From positions 4,030,001 through 4,094,000 of the forward strand of contig OZ176051.1 of the NCBI GenBank assembly GCA_964247055.1: 64,000 nt of DNA, read 5' to 3'. The stretch comes from Paragordius varius. Taxonomy: Eukaryota; Animalia; Nematomorpha. A program made the translations under genes and the position numbers. Each line of letters begins with the position of its first letter. Positions within the stretch are counted from its first letter, which is position 1. This document shows positions 52,020 to 64,000 of the stretch, in pieces. The notes under the pieces are model-generated. The model saw only the letters and a list, made by a program, of their open reading frames with translations. It ran no database searches and was not told where the DNA came from.

Positions 52020-53376
52020 CCTATTTTTTAAAAACTATTGCTCAAATCTTAATATATGTAAATTAGGCATATGCCTCAATCCGCCTAACATTATCACCTG
52101 ATAAACCCTGTAATTTAAATTCCCTTGAAAAGTAGTGCAAATTTTGAATAAAATACCCTTAAGTTTATAATTAAAATATCATAAAAATCGCTTAATATTT
52201 TGATTCAAATTGGAGTATCTAGAGACCCAGAATATATTTACGTTGATATTTTTAAAAAAACATTTTATCGAAATTTTCATTAATTTATGCTTCTATACTG
52301 ATAAAATTTATAGAAATGGCCCTAGATATCTAATGTAAAAGAGTGAGGGGATAAAAAAATTTTTTGACTTGACCTGCAAGTTTTTTAATTCGTGGCCTGC
52401 TTTCATGTGATAAAATAATTTAACATTAGATGACTTAAGTCAAGCTAAATTGATTCGGATATGATGAAAAATCATATGATCAAGTAGATCCTCGCAAGTG
52501 TGGTGTAAGGTACACTTGACCGTTTTAAAAAAATGAATAAAATTATTTTGGATTTATTTATATAGGTTTTATATGTAGTAGCGTTTTCGCACTTACTGGT
52601 AGGGGAAAATTTTTTGTCTTTATACACGTATGATTTCATAATTTTGGCGAAAAATCCTCCACATATTGTTGCTGGTTTTAGGGCATAAAAGCCCCAACCA
52701 AATTTAACCAATGTTAACAAATAAATATTTATACAACAATGATCTAAATATAAAAAAAACATAAGCAATTATTGGAAACGTGCAAAAAAAGCATTATTTT
52801 TGACATCGGGTATATAAATAATAAAATAAACATGTATAATTTTGTTCTTATGGAGTAAAGAAGTTTGGCTTAGACACGTTTGTAAATTCCTATATATATA
52901 TCAACTGCATCACATTAAAATCGTTGAATACCGTTTCATTCATTGCATCTGAGGGTGGGATTTCACTAAGATTGTTACGCCGTATCCAGCCAAAACACTA
53001 CTCACACTACTGTCCTGTATTATTTAATAGAGGCCTCTATAATTATAGGACCTTATAAAAAAATTATCTCATTCCTCATACTCCCCTAATTCAAAAGTTT
53101 GTCATTTCCTGTCCATATGGCTTTTGCAAAGACCATAAATGTGCACCTGGCCAATATTCAAATATAAGATTTACTCTATCCTGGGATTGCTGTTGGTACA
53201 TGTATTTCGTGTTCACACATAGGTATATTATGTCTTACATGATGTTCACTCGTAGGTTATCATAAAAGCCTTATCTTTTTTCAAATAATGCAATAGTAAT
53301 TAAAGTTTGATTATCAACAGTATACATTTATTTAATTGATATACTGCCCAAAAATCATTTCAATTTAATTCAAAAC

Positions 53377-56135
53377 TTAGGAAACAATATTCGTTGTTAG
53401 TCCTTTATTTGAAAAAAGGCTATCAGGATTGCCTACGCGTGAACACGCAACATATAATTGCCCGTGTGAAAAGAAATCTGTAGATAAATCTAATCTGCAA
53501 AAATTTAAAGTTTGGCTCTGAGCCATATTTATTGTCATTGCGAAGGCCAGTTGAATGGAAACTGAAATCCTTTAAATTGAAAGGGAATATCTATTGGAAT
53601 CATAGGAATGCGAGGAATAAGAACATTCTTTCCTTTAAAAGGTCCCATTAATATTGTAGCTTCTCTTATATTACAATATAATTTTTTCACAATAAGTCGT
53701 GTGCCAATGCAAAGTCTCTGATTAATGTTGCGTAACAATATTATTGAAACTCCTACCTTTAGGTCCATTAAATGGGATGGTATTACTGGTGTATCATAGG
53801 AATTCAAATTAGGTTGGGTAATTATCTGCATCACCTAATTCAACTACCGTATCTATTGATTTATAGGTTAATGCATCTTGATTAATTTTAGATAAAATAT
53901 AATTGTTTATTTCGAATACGTTTTGGTTTTTTGGGGCGAAAATTGCACGGTCGCACAACCAGTCATGATTTAACTGGTAGCTTGAGTATTAGGAAACACA
54001 TTGTTTATTGACTCCTTCTTTGACGTCATAATTCTACAAAAGTTATTGGGCAACGTTAAACTTTCAGTATTCATGTTGGTTGGAATAGTCTTATTTCCGA
54101 TTGCTAGTTTTGTGAAAATGTCTGCCGAGGTATAATTTGCAAATGAACACGCATATTTTTATTAAAAGTTTTGTTCTAACATGATGCCATAGAATATTTT
54201 TTTTAAGGCACGAATTTATTTGGTAAGCTTGGGTTTGTCTAAAATCTTTGGAGAGTAATACCAAAACATTCCCAAAAATCTCCCTCCTGCCGCGTAATCT
54301 TCTAATAATTTATCAAGACCTCGAGTGATTTTTTATGCACCAATGTACATTCATCCCATACAATGATTTACATTGTTGCAAAACCTTCCCCATGTCAGTT
54401 GATTTTGACGCATTGTACACAATATTTTCATTACGCATATTTGGTTCGTCCGGGTAATAAGGATGCAGCTATACGAGAAAAAGCTATAACCAAAGCTATA
54501 TGTTTTCTACTTCTGACAATTGCCAATATAAGCTTCAAAAGAAATGTTTTACCGGTCCCCCTGATGCATCCAAAAATATATCCCACCAACATTATTAGAA
54601 ATATCTCGCATTATTTTATCGTATATTATCTTTTTTTCCTGTATTAGTTTAGATAAATTACAATGATAGGATATTAACTCGAATTCATTATCACTTTGTT
54701 CACGACGATATTCTATATCATATGGAAACGACAGTATTTTTGGAGATGGCATTCTCAATTTCCTAAGAGGCCTGTTTGATATCTCTAGACAAATGTCCTC
54801 AACGCAATTCGTTTATAGTGGCGCAGTTTTTGGCGGGTAGCTCCTTACCCAGGGGCAGGTATAAAAAAGCGTTGGGCAAAATATTGCCTTTATATGCGGA
54901 ATTTGGAATTTTCATGGATATATGTTCTTATAAGTTCTTAGAAATATTGCTTTAAAACTAAAAAATTGTTCTATGGCGGCGCATTTTTCAGGGCGTAACA
55001 CTTTACTTAGCGACTCAAAAATAACCGCCTATACTAATATATTTGTTTTTTAAGGGGTAATAAATATTTTAGGCCCTTATTAAACTCACATAGTCTCATT
55101 TTCTGAAATTTCGCTAGTAAGATATGCTGTATTGATATGGTGACGCAGTTTTACGCGGATGGCCCCTAACCAGGGGCGGAACAAAACGCTCGATTAAAAG
55201 TTTTGCCTTAATTCGAGTAAACCTGAAATCATGGACTCCATATGCTCTCGTGGGATTTTCAAAAAATTGTCTTTTTTCAGGGCAAGGGCCTAATTAAGGG
55301 GTAATTAGATACAACCGCTCTACCTAAATTTTTGACTTTTTACGAGTAAAATTTCACAAGCCCTTATTTAACACATATGGCGATAGGTTTTCTTAAATTT
55401 GCCTCCAAATACACGCTGTATCGATATGGTGGCGCAGTTGTAGGTTGGTAGCTCCTTACCCAGAGGCTGATACAAAAAAGCGCTTAATTAAATTTTTTGC
55501 CTTTTTACCGAGAATCCCTGGAATCATCATTAATTCCACATGCTCTCATTAGTTTTTAGAAAAATGGCCTTAAAAATTTAAAAATCTTTCTATGGTGGCG
55601 CATTTTTCAGGGCGTGAAGGGCCTAATTAACTGCTAATTTTAAAAAACCGCTTGACTTAAATTTTTCCTTGTTACGGGTAATTAAGCAGCTGTTGAACTC
55701 ATATGACCTGATAAGCTTTCTGAAATTCCGCAAAAGCATACCCAGCCGCCAATATAAAAAAACGCACGACTAAAATTTTTGCATTTTAACTGGGAATACC
55801 TGGTTTGTTTTACGGTCTCATACCTTGGGCGAAAGATTCAAAAAATTATTTTTTGGAAGAGGGCCTAAATTGAAAAAGCGAGCCGACCATGTTCGGCGCA
55901 ATCGAAAAAAAAGTAAAAAGTCTCAAAGACACGATTTTTGTAGACTTCTGTTTTCAAAAAACCCGTTTTTTACACGGGGTAGGCCCGAACTGGTCGCCTA
56001 AATTAAAAAAATGGCAAGCCTTTGTCGGGGCATTCATTAATGATTATATTTTTTCGAAATTTGGATTTGAATGGGTCTACCGGATTTACGGAAAGATCAC
56101 AAAGCCAGCATTTTCCATTTTTATAAATATATAGA
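53377..56135 (-). mobile_element. Internally deleted Helitron retaining the PIF1-like helicase half of RepHel (53377-~54815) behind the family 5' end
   Basis: 5' A|TCTATATATTTATAAAAATGG at 56135, then internal repeats. Frameshifted helicase follows: LDASGGTGKTFL (Walker A), [36 protein letters not shown]. Confidence 0.85.
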
Positions 56136-56825
56136 TTAAAACATTGAATGCTATAAACTGTTTATTTGATAATTTTTGGCTAATTAACCCATTCAAATTG
56201 GGTGGACACAAAAGATGCTAATTTTTTAGAAACACTCCACTATATTTGAGCAAAGCATATAAATATATTCTAAATTTTTTAATTCCGTGAACCCAAAAAA
56301 ACTTGATTCACGAAAATATCATAAAATTAATTTTTAAATATTAATCTTGTTTAGAATGTCAAATCTTCGTTTTAAGTAAAATAATAAACGCTAAAGATTA
56401 ATTCACCTTAAAAAATCTAAAAAATTTATTTCATCCTGAATTTGTTTCAAATGTAATGTAGAATCACATAAAAATAATAAGGTTACATTGTCATTAATAT
56501 GCAAATGGACTCCTAACAAAATGAATAGTATGGTAAAATAATAATAGAAGAGTGTTTAAGGGCAGCTTAAAAATATTTATTTACTGGGCTCAATATTTAG
56601 CAAAATATATTAAATATAAATATACGTGTAATTGAGTTCGAAAAACTTAAATATCCCTTATTTCATAATTTTAGCCAAATGTTGAAAATAATTTCAGTAA
56701 AATTTGAATTCGGTGCCATAAAATGTTACATTTATAAGCAAAAGATTTAATTCAAGTATTTTTTTACCGATATTCAAATGTACACTTTCTGGCTTAATTA
56801 AACTCAACCTGGCACGCTTGCTTAC

Positions 56826-58748
56826 ATGTCAAGTGAGAGTTTTTATCAAACCCATAGTTTAAAAAAAAGTTGCAGATCGATCCGAATTCAAAAGCTGAAG
56901 TTAAATATTTTTTATTTAAATCACTCTCGCATTGATATCTGTAACAATGTTGCATAAGTGCAAACTTTTACAATGGTTTTTGATAATTATAGCCGTATTT
57001 GTTTTTAAGCCTGGGGTTCTAAAAGACCACAATTTGAATCGGAGGACTTAATGGATTTGTTGTTCAGTTGAATTTATTGAATATATATATAAAATTCAAA
57101 TATAAATAAAAATTTGGTTTTGATAGTAAAATTCTTTAAATACCAAAAAATATTTGTCCTAAGTACATCTTGCACAGATAAAAGTGGTATTTATGAAAAT
57201 TATTATACCAGCCCATTTTTTTATTTTATTATTTTTAATATTTATAAATTATAATATAAATCTTCTATATATGAAAAGATCTGATATGTATATTAAGAAA
57301 TGATTAAATGCACATGATTTAATCTTATGAACATTTATTAACATTTATTAATGTAATTATAATATTTAGAGAGTTTTTAAGAAAAATATTTTTTAAATGC
57401 GAATTACAATGTGTTTTATATTTTATCATAAAACCACATGAAAGTTACTCCGCGATCATGAGGCGTAAACCCGACAATCCATTCAAGTAATGCTTCTAGA
57501 TATTTATTTTAGAATTGCAAGAAAAAGTGAAACTTCATCTAACCATATTATAAAGTTTTTATTTTTGATTTATATTTAGTCAGCATAAGGACACATTAGA
57601 TAACATCGGTGAAAAAAATAAGTAATTTTATATATAAATTATTTTATTATAAAATATTCAAATTATTCTCACAATATTTTTCAAACTTTGATTGATAGTT
57701 TTCACAATGAAACCATTCATATCGAAACTGAAAGCGATTTAAATGGTAGTCAATTGGTGCGAAAACGAGGACGCCCGAAAAAGTAATTAAACATTACAAT
57801 TCATCAAAATAAATCAAATAATTATAAATATCATCAAGTGTATGATCATTAAAATTACATTTTTAATTTAACTTTATATATACTAACTTATTATATGCTG
57901 GAATTCGGTTTGGAACCGGAACCGTGACTTTTGGTATTATTTGTTTTGAAAAAGTTTAAAAACCAAAATCGCGGTTTCTATCGATATAAAATATGATTTT
58001 TTAATTTATTTTTTTTTGCAATTAATGACCACCTATTTTAATTTTTTATTCGATTTTGAAAAATAACAAATTCTTATTTCTTTTTTAAAATAATTTATTG
58101 CTTTTTATACGAATACAAATAATTAATAAAATAGATAAATCACTATTATACACAATATAAGTTGTAACTACATTTTATTGAATTTTTCGGCAACGTTTAT
58201 TTAAAAAAATATTGTGTAATTTCAAATCAAAATCAATATGTTAAATATATACTTATATATATTGTGACTTTTTTATGTAAAATAAATTATTATTTAAATT
58301 AATTATAATGCATTTTATTTTCTCTAGACCTACTCCAAAAAAGGAATTCTTAGGATTAGAGAATTTGGATCAAAATAACAATATTGTATCATCACATATT
58401 GATATGCCTTTACTTACCAGTCACAACTCACCTGAAAAAAATTTAAAGTCACCCATTTTTTTAATTTTTTTTTATTGAAAAATATATTTTTATACGATGT
58501 TATATGAATTGTAATTTTTTAGAATTGAAAATAATAAATTTAATGCGCTCAAGGCAGAGAACGGAGCAATTTCGAATTCGGCTAACACTGCTCGAAAAAG
58601 AGGTCGCCCAAAGTATGCTTTATAATTTGTATTAGTAACACATTTTAACAATATCAATTATTTTTGTTTTTCTAATAAAATATAAATTTTTCTTGTATTT
58701 ATTACCAAGAAAATCTGTACTAAATAATAATTTCTTTAAAAACCTTAA
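56826..58748 (+). CDS. AT-hook (HMGA/D1-like) protein gene built from symmetric phase-2 micro-exons; 3'-incomplete
   Basis: Exons 57445-57486, 57513-57554, 57580-57621, 57699-57782, 58328-58447, 58523-58612 and 58710-58748 all end AA|GT and join in frame; two encode RKRGRPK. The first exon 56826-56899 is tentative (alternative start ATG at 57458). Confidence 0.75.
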
Positions 58749-58880
58749 GTATATAGATTTTTTTAATTACAAAGTTTGTATTAAAATAAAAATATTTTAT
58801 TGATTTTTTTTATATTTTTATGGCCTTTTATTGGCTTTTTAAAGCTTGTGTCAGAATATTTGACTAATAACGGTTTTTTA

Positions 58881-61800
58881 TCTATATATTTATAAAAATG
58901 GAAAATGCTGGCTTTGTGATCTGGTACAGGAAAACCGGTAGACCCAATCAAATCCAAATATCGAAAAAATATAATCATTAATAAATGTCCCGACAATAGC
59001 TTCGCCCTTTTTTTGAAATAGGCTCCCAGTTCGGGCCCACCCCGTATGAAAAACGGGTTTTTTTTGAAAACAGAAGTCCACAAAAATCGTGTCTTTGAGA
59101 CAATTTTCCGGAGAACGTGTTGGACCATTCAATTTCAAATATAATTTTTGTTTACTTATTTTCGATTGCGCCGAACATAGTCGAGCCACTTTTTTGATTT
59201 AGGCCCTCTTTTTACCCGCTCCCCCCGTAAAATGCCATTTTTTTCAAAAAACAAAGTCCACAAAAATAATTTTCTAAATCGATTTTACGCCCTAGGTATG
59301 AGACCGTAAAAATTCACTAAAGATTCCACGTATTCCCTGTTAAAAGGCAAAAATTTTAGTCCACCGTTTATTTGATGATAGCTGCTGGGTAAGGAGCTAC
59401 CCGCTAAAAACTGATTTTTCATATAACTTTGTGATCTGTTTCCGGAAAACCGGTGAACCCATTCAAATCCAAACATCGAAAAAATATAATCATTAATGAA
59501 TGCCCCGACAACAGCTTCGCCCTTTTTTGGAATTAGGTCCCCAGTTTGGGCCCACCCCGTGTGAAAAATGGGTTAAGTCAATTTTTTGGAGAACGTGTTG
59601 GACCATTCAATTTCAAATATGATTTTTGTTTACTTATTTTCGATTGCGCCGAACATAGTCGAGTCACTTTTTTGATTTAGGCCCTCTTTTTACCCGCTCC
59701 CCCCGTAAAATGCCATTTTTTTCAAAAAAAACAAAGTCCACAAAAATATTTTTTTGATTGTATTTTTTTGCCCACGGTATGAGACTGTAAAAATTCGAGA
59801 AAGATTTTTCGTATTGCCTGTTAAAAGGCAAAAATTTTAGTCAAGCGTTTCTTTGATGATAGATGCTGAGTAAGGAGTATCTATCATATGCATAGCATGT
59901 TAAAAGATATATGGATATTAATACATTATTTATCCTCATCTATATATTTATAAAAATGGAAAATGCTGGCTTTGTGATCTGGTACAGGAAAACCGGTAGA
60001 CCCAATCAAATCCAAATATCGAAAAAATTTAATCATTAATAAATGTCCCGACAATAGCTTCACCCTTTTTTTGAAATAGGCTCCCAGTTCGGGCCCACCC
60101 CGTATGAAAAACGGGTTTTTTTTGAAAACAGAAGTCCACAAAAATCGTGTCTTTGAGACAATTTTCCGGAGAACGTGTTGGACCATTCAATTTCAAATAT
60201 AATTTTTGTTTACTTATTTTCGATTGCGCCGAACATAGTCGAGCCACTTTTTTGATTTAGGCCCTCTTTCTACCCGCTCCCCCCGTAAAATGCCATTTTT
60301 TTCAAAAAACAAAGTCCACAAAAATAATTTTCTAAATCGATTTTTCGCCCTAGGTATGAGACCGTAAAAATTCACTAAAGATTCCACGTATTCCCTGTTA
60401 AAAGGCAAAAATTTTAGTCCACCGTTTATTTGATGATAGCTGCTGGGTAAGGAGCTACCCGCTAAAAACTGATTTTTCATATAACTTTGTGATCTGTTTC
60501 CGGAAAACCGGTGAACCCATTCAAATCCAAATATCGAAAAAACATAATCATTAATGAATGCCCCGACAATAGCTTCGCCCTTTTTTGGAATTAGGTCCCC
60601 AGTTCGGGCCTACCCCGTGTGAAAATTGGGTTAAGTCAATTTTTTGGAGAACGTGTTGGACCATTCAATTTCAAATATGATTTTTGTTTACTTATTTTCG
60701 ATTGCGCCGAACATAGTCGAGCCACTTTTTTGATTTAGGCCCTCTTTTTACCCGCTCCCCCCGTAAAATGCCATTTTTTTCAAAAAAAACAAAGTCCACA
60801 AAAATAATTTTTTGATTGTATTTTTTTGCCCACGGTGTGAGACCGTAAAAATTCACTAAAGATTCCACGTATTGCCTGTTAAAAGGCAAAAATTTTAGTC
60901 AAGCGTTTCTTTGATGATAGATGCTGAGTAAGGAGTATCTATCATATGCATAGCATGTTAAAAGATATAGGGATATTAATACATTATTTATCCTCATCTA
61001 TCTATATATTTATAAAAATGGAAAATGCTGGCTTTGTGATCTGGTACAGGAAAACCGGTAGACCCAATCAAATCCAAATATCGAAAAAATATAATCATTA
61101 ATAAATGTCCCGACAATAGCTTCGCCCTTTTTTTGAAATAGGCTCCCAGTTCGGGCCCACCCCGTATGAAAAACGGGTTTTTTTTGAAAACAGAAGTCCA
61201 CAAAAATCGTGTCTTTGAGACAATTTTCCGGAGAACGTGTTGGACCATTCAATTTCAAATATGATTATTGTTTACTTATTTTCGATTGCGCCGAACATAG
61301 CCGAGCCACTTTTTTGATTTAGGCCCTCTTTTTACCCGCTCCCCCCGTAAAATGCCACCTTTTTCAAAAAACAAAGTCCACAAAAATAATTTTTTAAATC
61401 GATTATTCGCCCTAGGTATGAGACCGTAAAAATTCTATATGGATTCCACGTATTCCCTGTTAAAAGGCAAAAATTTAAGTCTACCGTTTATTTGATGATA
61501 GCTGCTGGGTAAGGAGCTACCCGCTAAAAACTGATTTTTCATATAACTTTGTGATCTGTTTCCGGAAAACCGGTGAACCCAATCAAATCCAAACATCGAA
61601 AAAATTTAATCATTAATGAATGCCCCGACAATAGCTTCGCCCTTTTTTGGAATTAGGTCCCCAGTTTGGGCCCACCCCGTGTGAAAAATGGGTTAAGTCA
61701 ATTTTTTGGAGAACGTGTTGGACCATTCAATTTCAAATATGATTTTTGTTTACTTATTTTTGATCGCGCTGAACATAGTCGACTCACTTTTTTGATTTGG

Positions 61801-64000
61801 GCCCTCTTTTTACCCGCTACCCCCGTAAAATGCCATTTCTTTCAAAAAAAAAAACAAAGTCCACAAAAATATTTTTTTGATTGTATTTTTTTGCCCATGG
61901 TATGAGACTGTAAAAATTCGAGAAAGATTTTTCGTATTGCCTGTTAAAAGGCAAAAATTTTAGTCAAGCGTTTCCTTGATGATAGATGCTGAGTAAGGAG
62001 TATCTATCATATGCATAGCATGTTAAAAGATATATGGATATTAATACATTATTTATCCTCATCTATATATTTATAAAAATGGAAAATGCTGGCTTTGTGA
62101 TCTGGTACAGGAAAACCGGTAGACCCAATCAAATCCAAATATCGAAAAAATATAATCATTAATAAATGTCCCGACAATAGCTTCGCCCTTTTTTTGAAAT
62201 AGGCCTCCAGTTCGGGCCCACCCCGTATGAAAAACGGGTTTTTTTTAAAAAACAGAAGTCCACAAAAATCGTGTCTTTGAGACAATTTTCCGGAGAACGT
62301 GTTGGACCATTCAATTTCAAATATGATTATTGTTTACTTATTTTCGATTGCGCCGAACATAGCCGAGCCACTTTTTTGATTTAGGCCCTCTTTTTACCCG
62401 CTCCCCCCGTAAAATGCCACCTTTTTCAAAAAACAAAGTCCACAAAAATAATTTTTTAAATCGATTATTCGCCCTAGGTATGAGACCGTAAAAATTCTAT
62501 ATGGATTCCACGTATTCCCTGTTAAAAGGCAAAAATTTAAGTCTACCGTTTATTTGATGATAGCTGCTGGGTAAGGAGCTACCCGCTAAAAACTGATTTT
62601 TCATATAACTTTGTGATCTGTTTCCGGAAAACCGGTGAACCCAATCAAATCCAAACATCGAAAAAATTTAATCATTAATGAATGCCCCGACAATAGCTTC
62701 GCCCTTTTTTGGAATTAGGTCCCCAGTTTGGGCCCACCCCGTGTGAAAAATGGGTTAAGTCAATTTTTTGGAGAACGTGTTGGACCATTCAATTTCAAAT
62801 ATGATTTTTGTTTACTTATTTTTGATCGCGCTGAACATAGTCGACTCACTTTTTTGATTTGGGCCCTCTTTTTACCCGCTACCCCCGTAAAATGCCATTT
62901 CTTTCAAAAAAAAAAACAAAGTCCACAAAAATATTTTTTTGATTGTATTTTTTTGCCCATGGTATGAGACTGTAAAAATTCGAGAAAGATTTTTCGTATT
63001 GCCTGTTAAAAGGCAAAAATTTTAGTCAAGCGTTTCCTTGATGATAGATGCTGAGTAAGGAGTATCTATCATATGCATAGCATGTTAAAAGATATATGGA
63101 TATTAATACATTATTTATCCTCATCTATATATTTATAAAAATGGAAAATGCTGGCTTTGTGATCTGGTACAGGAAAACCGGTAGACCCAATCAAATCCAA
63201 ATATCGAAAAAATATAATCATTAATAAATGTCCCGACAATAGCTTCGCCCTTTTTTTGAAATAGGCCTCCAGTTCGGGCCCACCCCGTATGAAAAACGGG
63301 TTTTTTTTAAAAAACAGAAGTCCACAAAAATCGTGTCTTTGAGACAATTTTCCGGAGAACGTGTTGGACCATTCAATTTCAAATATGATTTTTGTTTACT
63401 TATTTTTGATCGCGCTGAACATAGTCGACTCACTTTTTTGATTTGGGCCCTCTTTTTACCCGCTACCCCCGTAAAATGCCATTTCTTTCAAAAAAAAAAC
63501 AAAGTCCACAAAAATATTTTTTTGATTGTATTTTTTTGCCCATGGTATGAGACTGTAAAAATTCGAGAAAGATTTTTCGTATTGCCTGTTAAAAGGCAAA
63601 AATTTTAGTCAAGCGTTTCCTTGATGATAGATGCTGAGTAAGGAGTATCTATCATATGCATAGCATGTTAAAAGATATATGGATATTAATACATTATTTA
63701 TCCTCATCTATATATTTATAAAAATGGAAAATGCTGGCTTTGTGATCTGGTACAGGAAAACCGGTAGACCCAATCAAATCCAAATATCGAAAAAATATAA
63801 TCATTAATAAATGTCCCGACAATAGCTTCGCCCTTTTTTTGAAATAGGCCTCCAGTTCGGGCCCACCCCGTATGAAAAACGGGTTTTTTTTAAAAAACAG
63901 AAGTCCACAAAAATCGTGTCTTTGAGACAATTTTCCGGAGAACGTGTTGGACCATTCAATTTCAAATATAATTTTTGTTTACTTATTTTCGATTGCGCCG
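58881..64000 (+). repeat. Helitron-derived higher-order satellite (~1.06-kb A+B dimers), runs off the window
   Basis: Helitron 5' TC starts at 58881, 59939, 61001, 62062, 63124 and 63707 (periods 1058, 1062, 1061, 1062, 583). B subunits start at ataactttgtgatctg (~59422, 60481, 61542, 62604). Confidence 0.95.

Noticed and set aside
51290-57990. AACCG/GGTTCC-rich patches at ~51295-51420 and ~57895-57985
   Set aside because: Probably remnants of an intronic MITE, but no TIR or TSD could be established.
58781-63930. Repeated 60-115 aa ORFs in the terminal array and in the Helitron repeats (also 1963, 7866, 8220, 13506, 14297, 41088, 55889)
   Set aside because: They are by-products of repeated non-coding sequence, shift frame between copies at homopolymers, and show no protein motif.

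Overview
Very AT-rich eukaryotic, animal-like genomic window dominated by repeats. The 1-33.7 kb region is a rearranged tandem array of ~6-kb units. Each unit carries convergent/divergent copies of an unidentified spliced gene family (signature RLKDPYDYES...TKxGNRLIKWLK) and nested, mostly decayed DNA transposons: hAT with 8-bp TSDs, Helitrons with internal ~300-bp repeats, CACTA-like elements with 3-bp TSDs, and a TA-flanked MITE. The 33.9-58.8 kb region holds four host genes reconstructed by hand: a 48-aa LEA/hydrophilin-like microprotein, a 2-exon RDH-type short-chain dehydrogenase, a 17-exon PPP1R37-like LRR/RVxF gene, and an AT-hook gene built from symmetric phase-2 micro-exons. The microprotein and the AT-hook gene are absent from the ORF track. 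Two of these genes need 25-28 nt GT-AG introns to stay in frame. The window ends in a ~1.06-kb higher-order satellite made of Helitron 5' ends, apparently inside an intron of the AT-hook gene. All assignments are by eye with no database searches; boundaries of decayed repeats are approximate.
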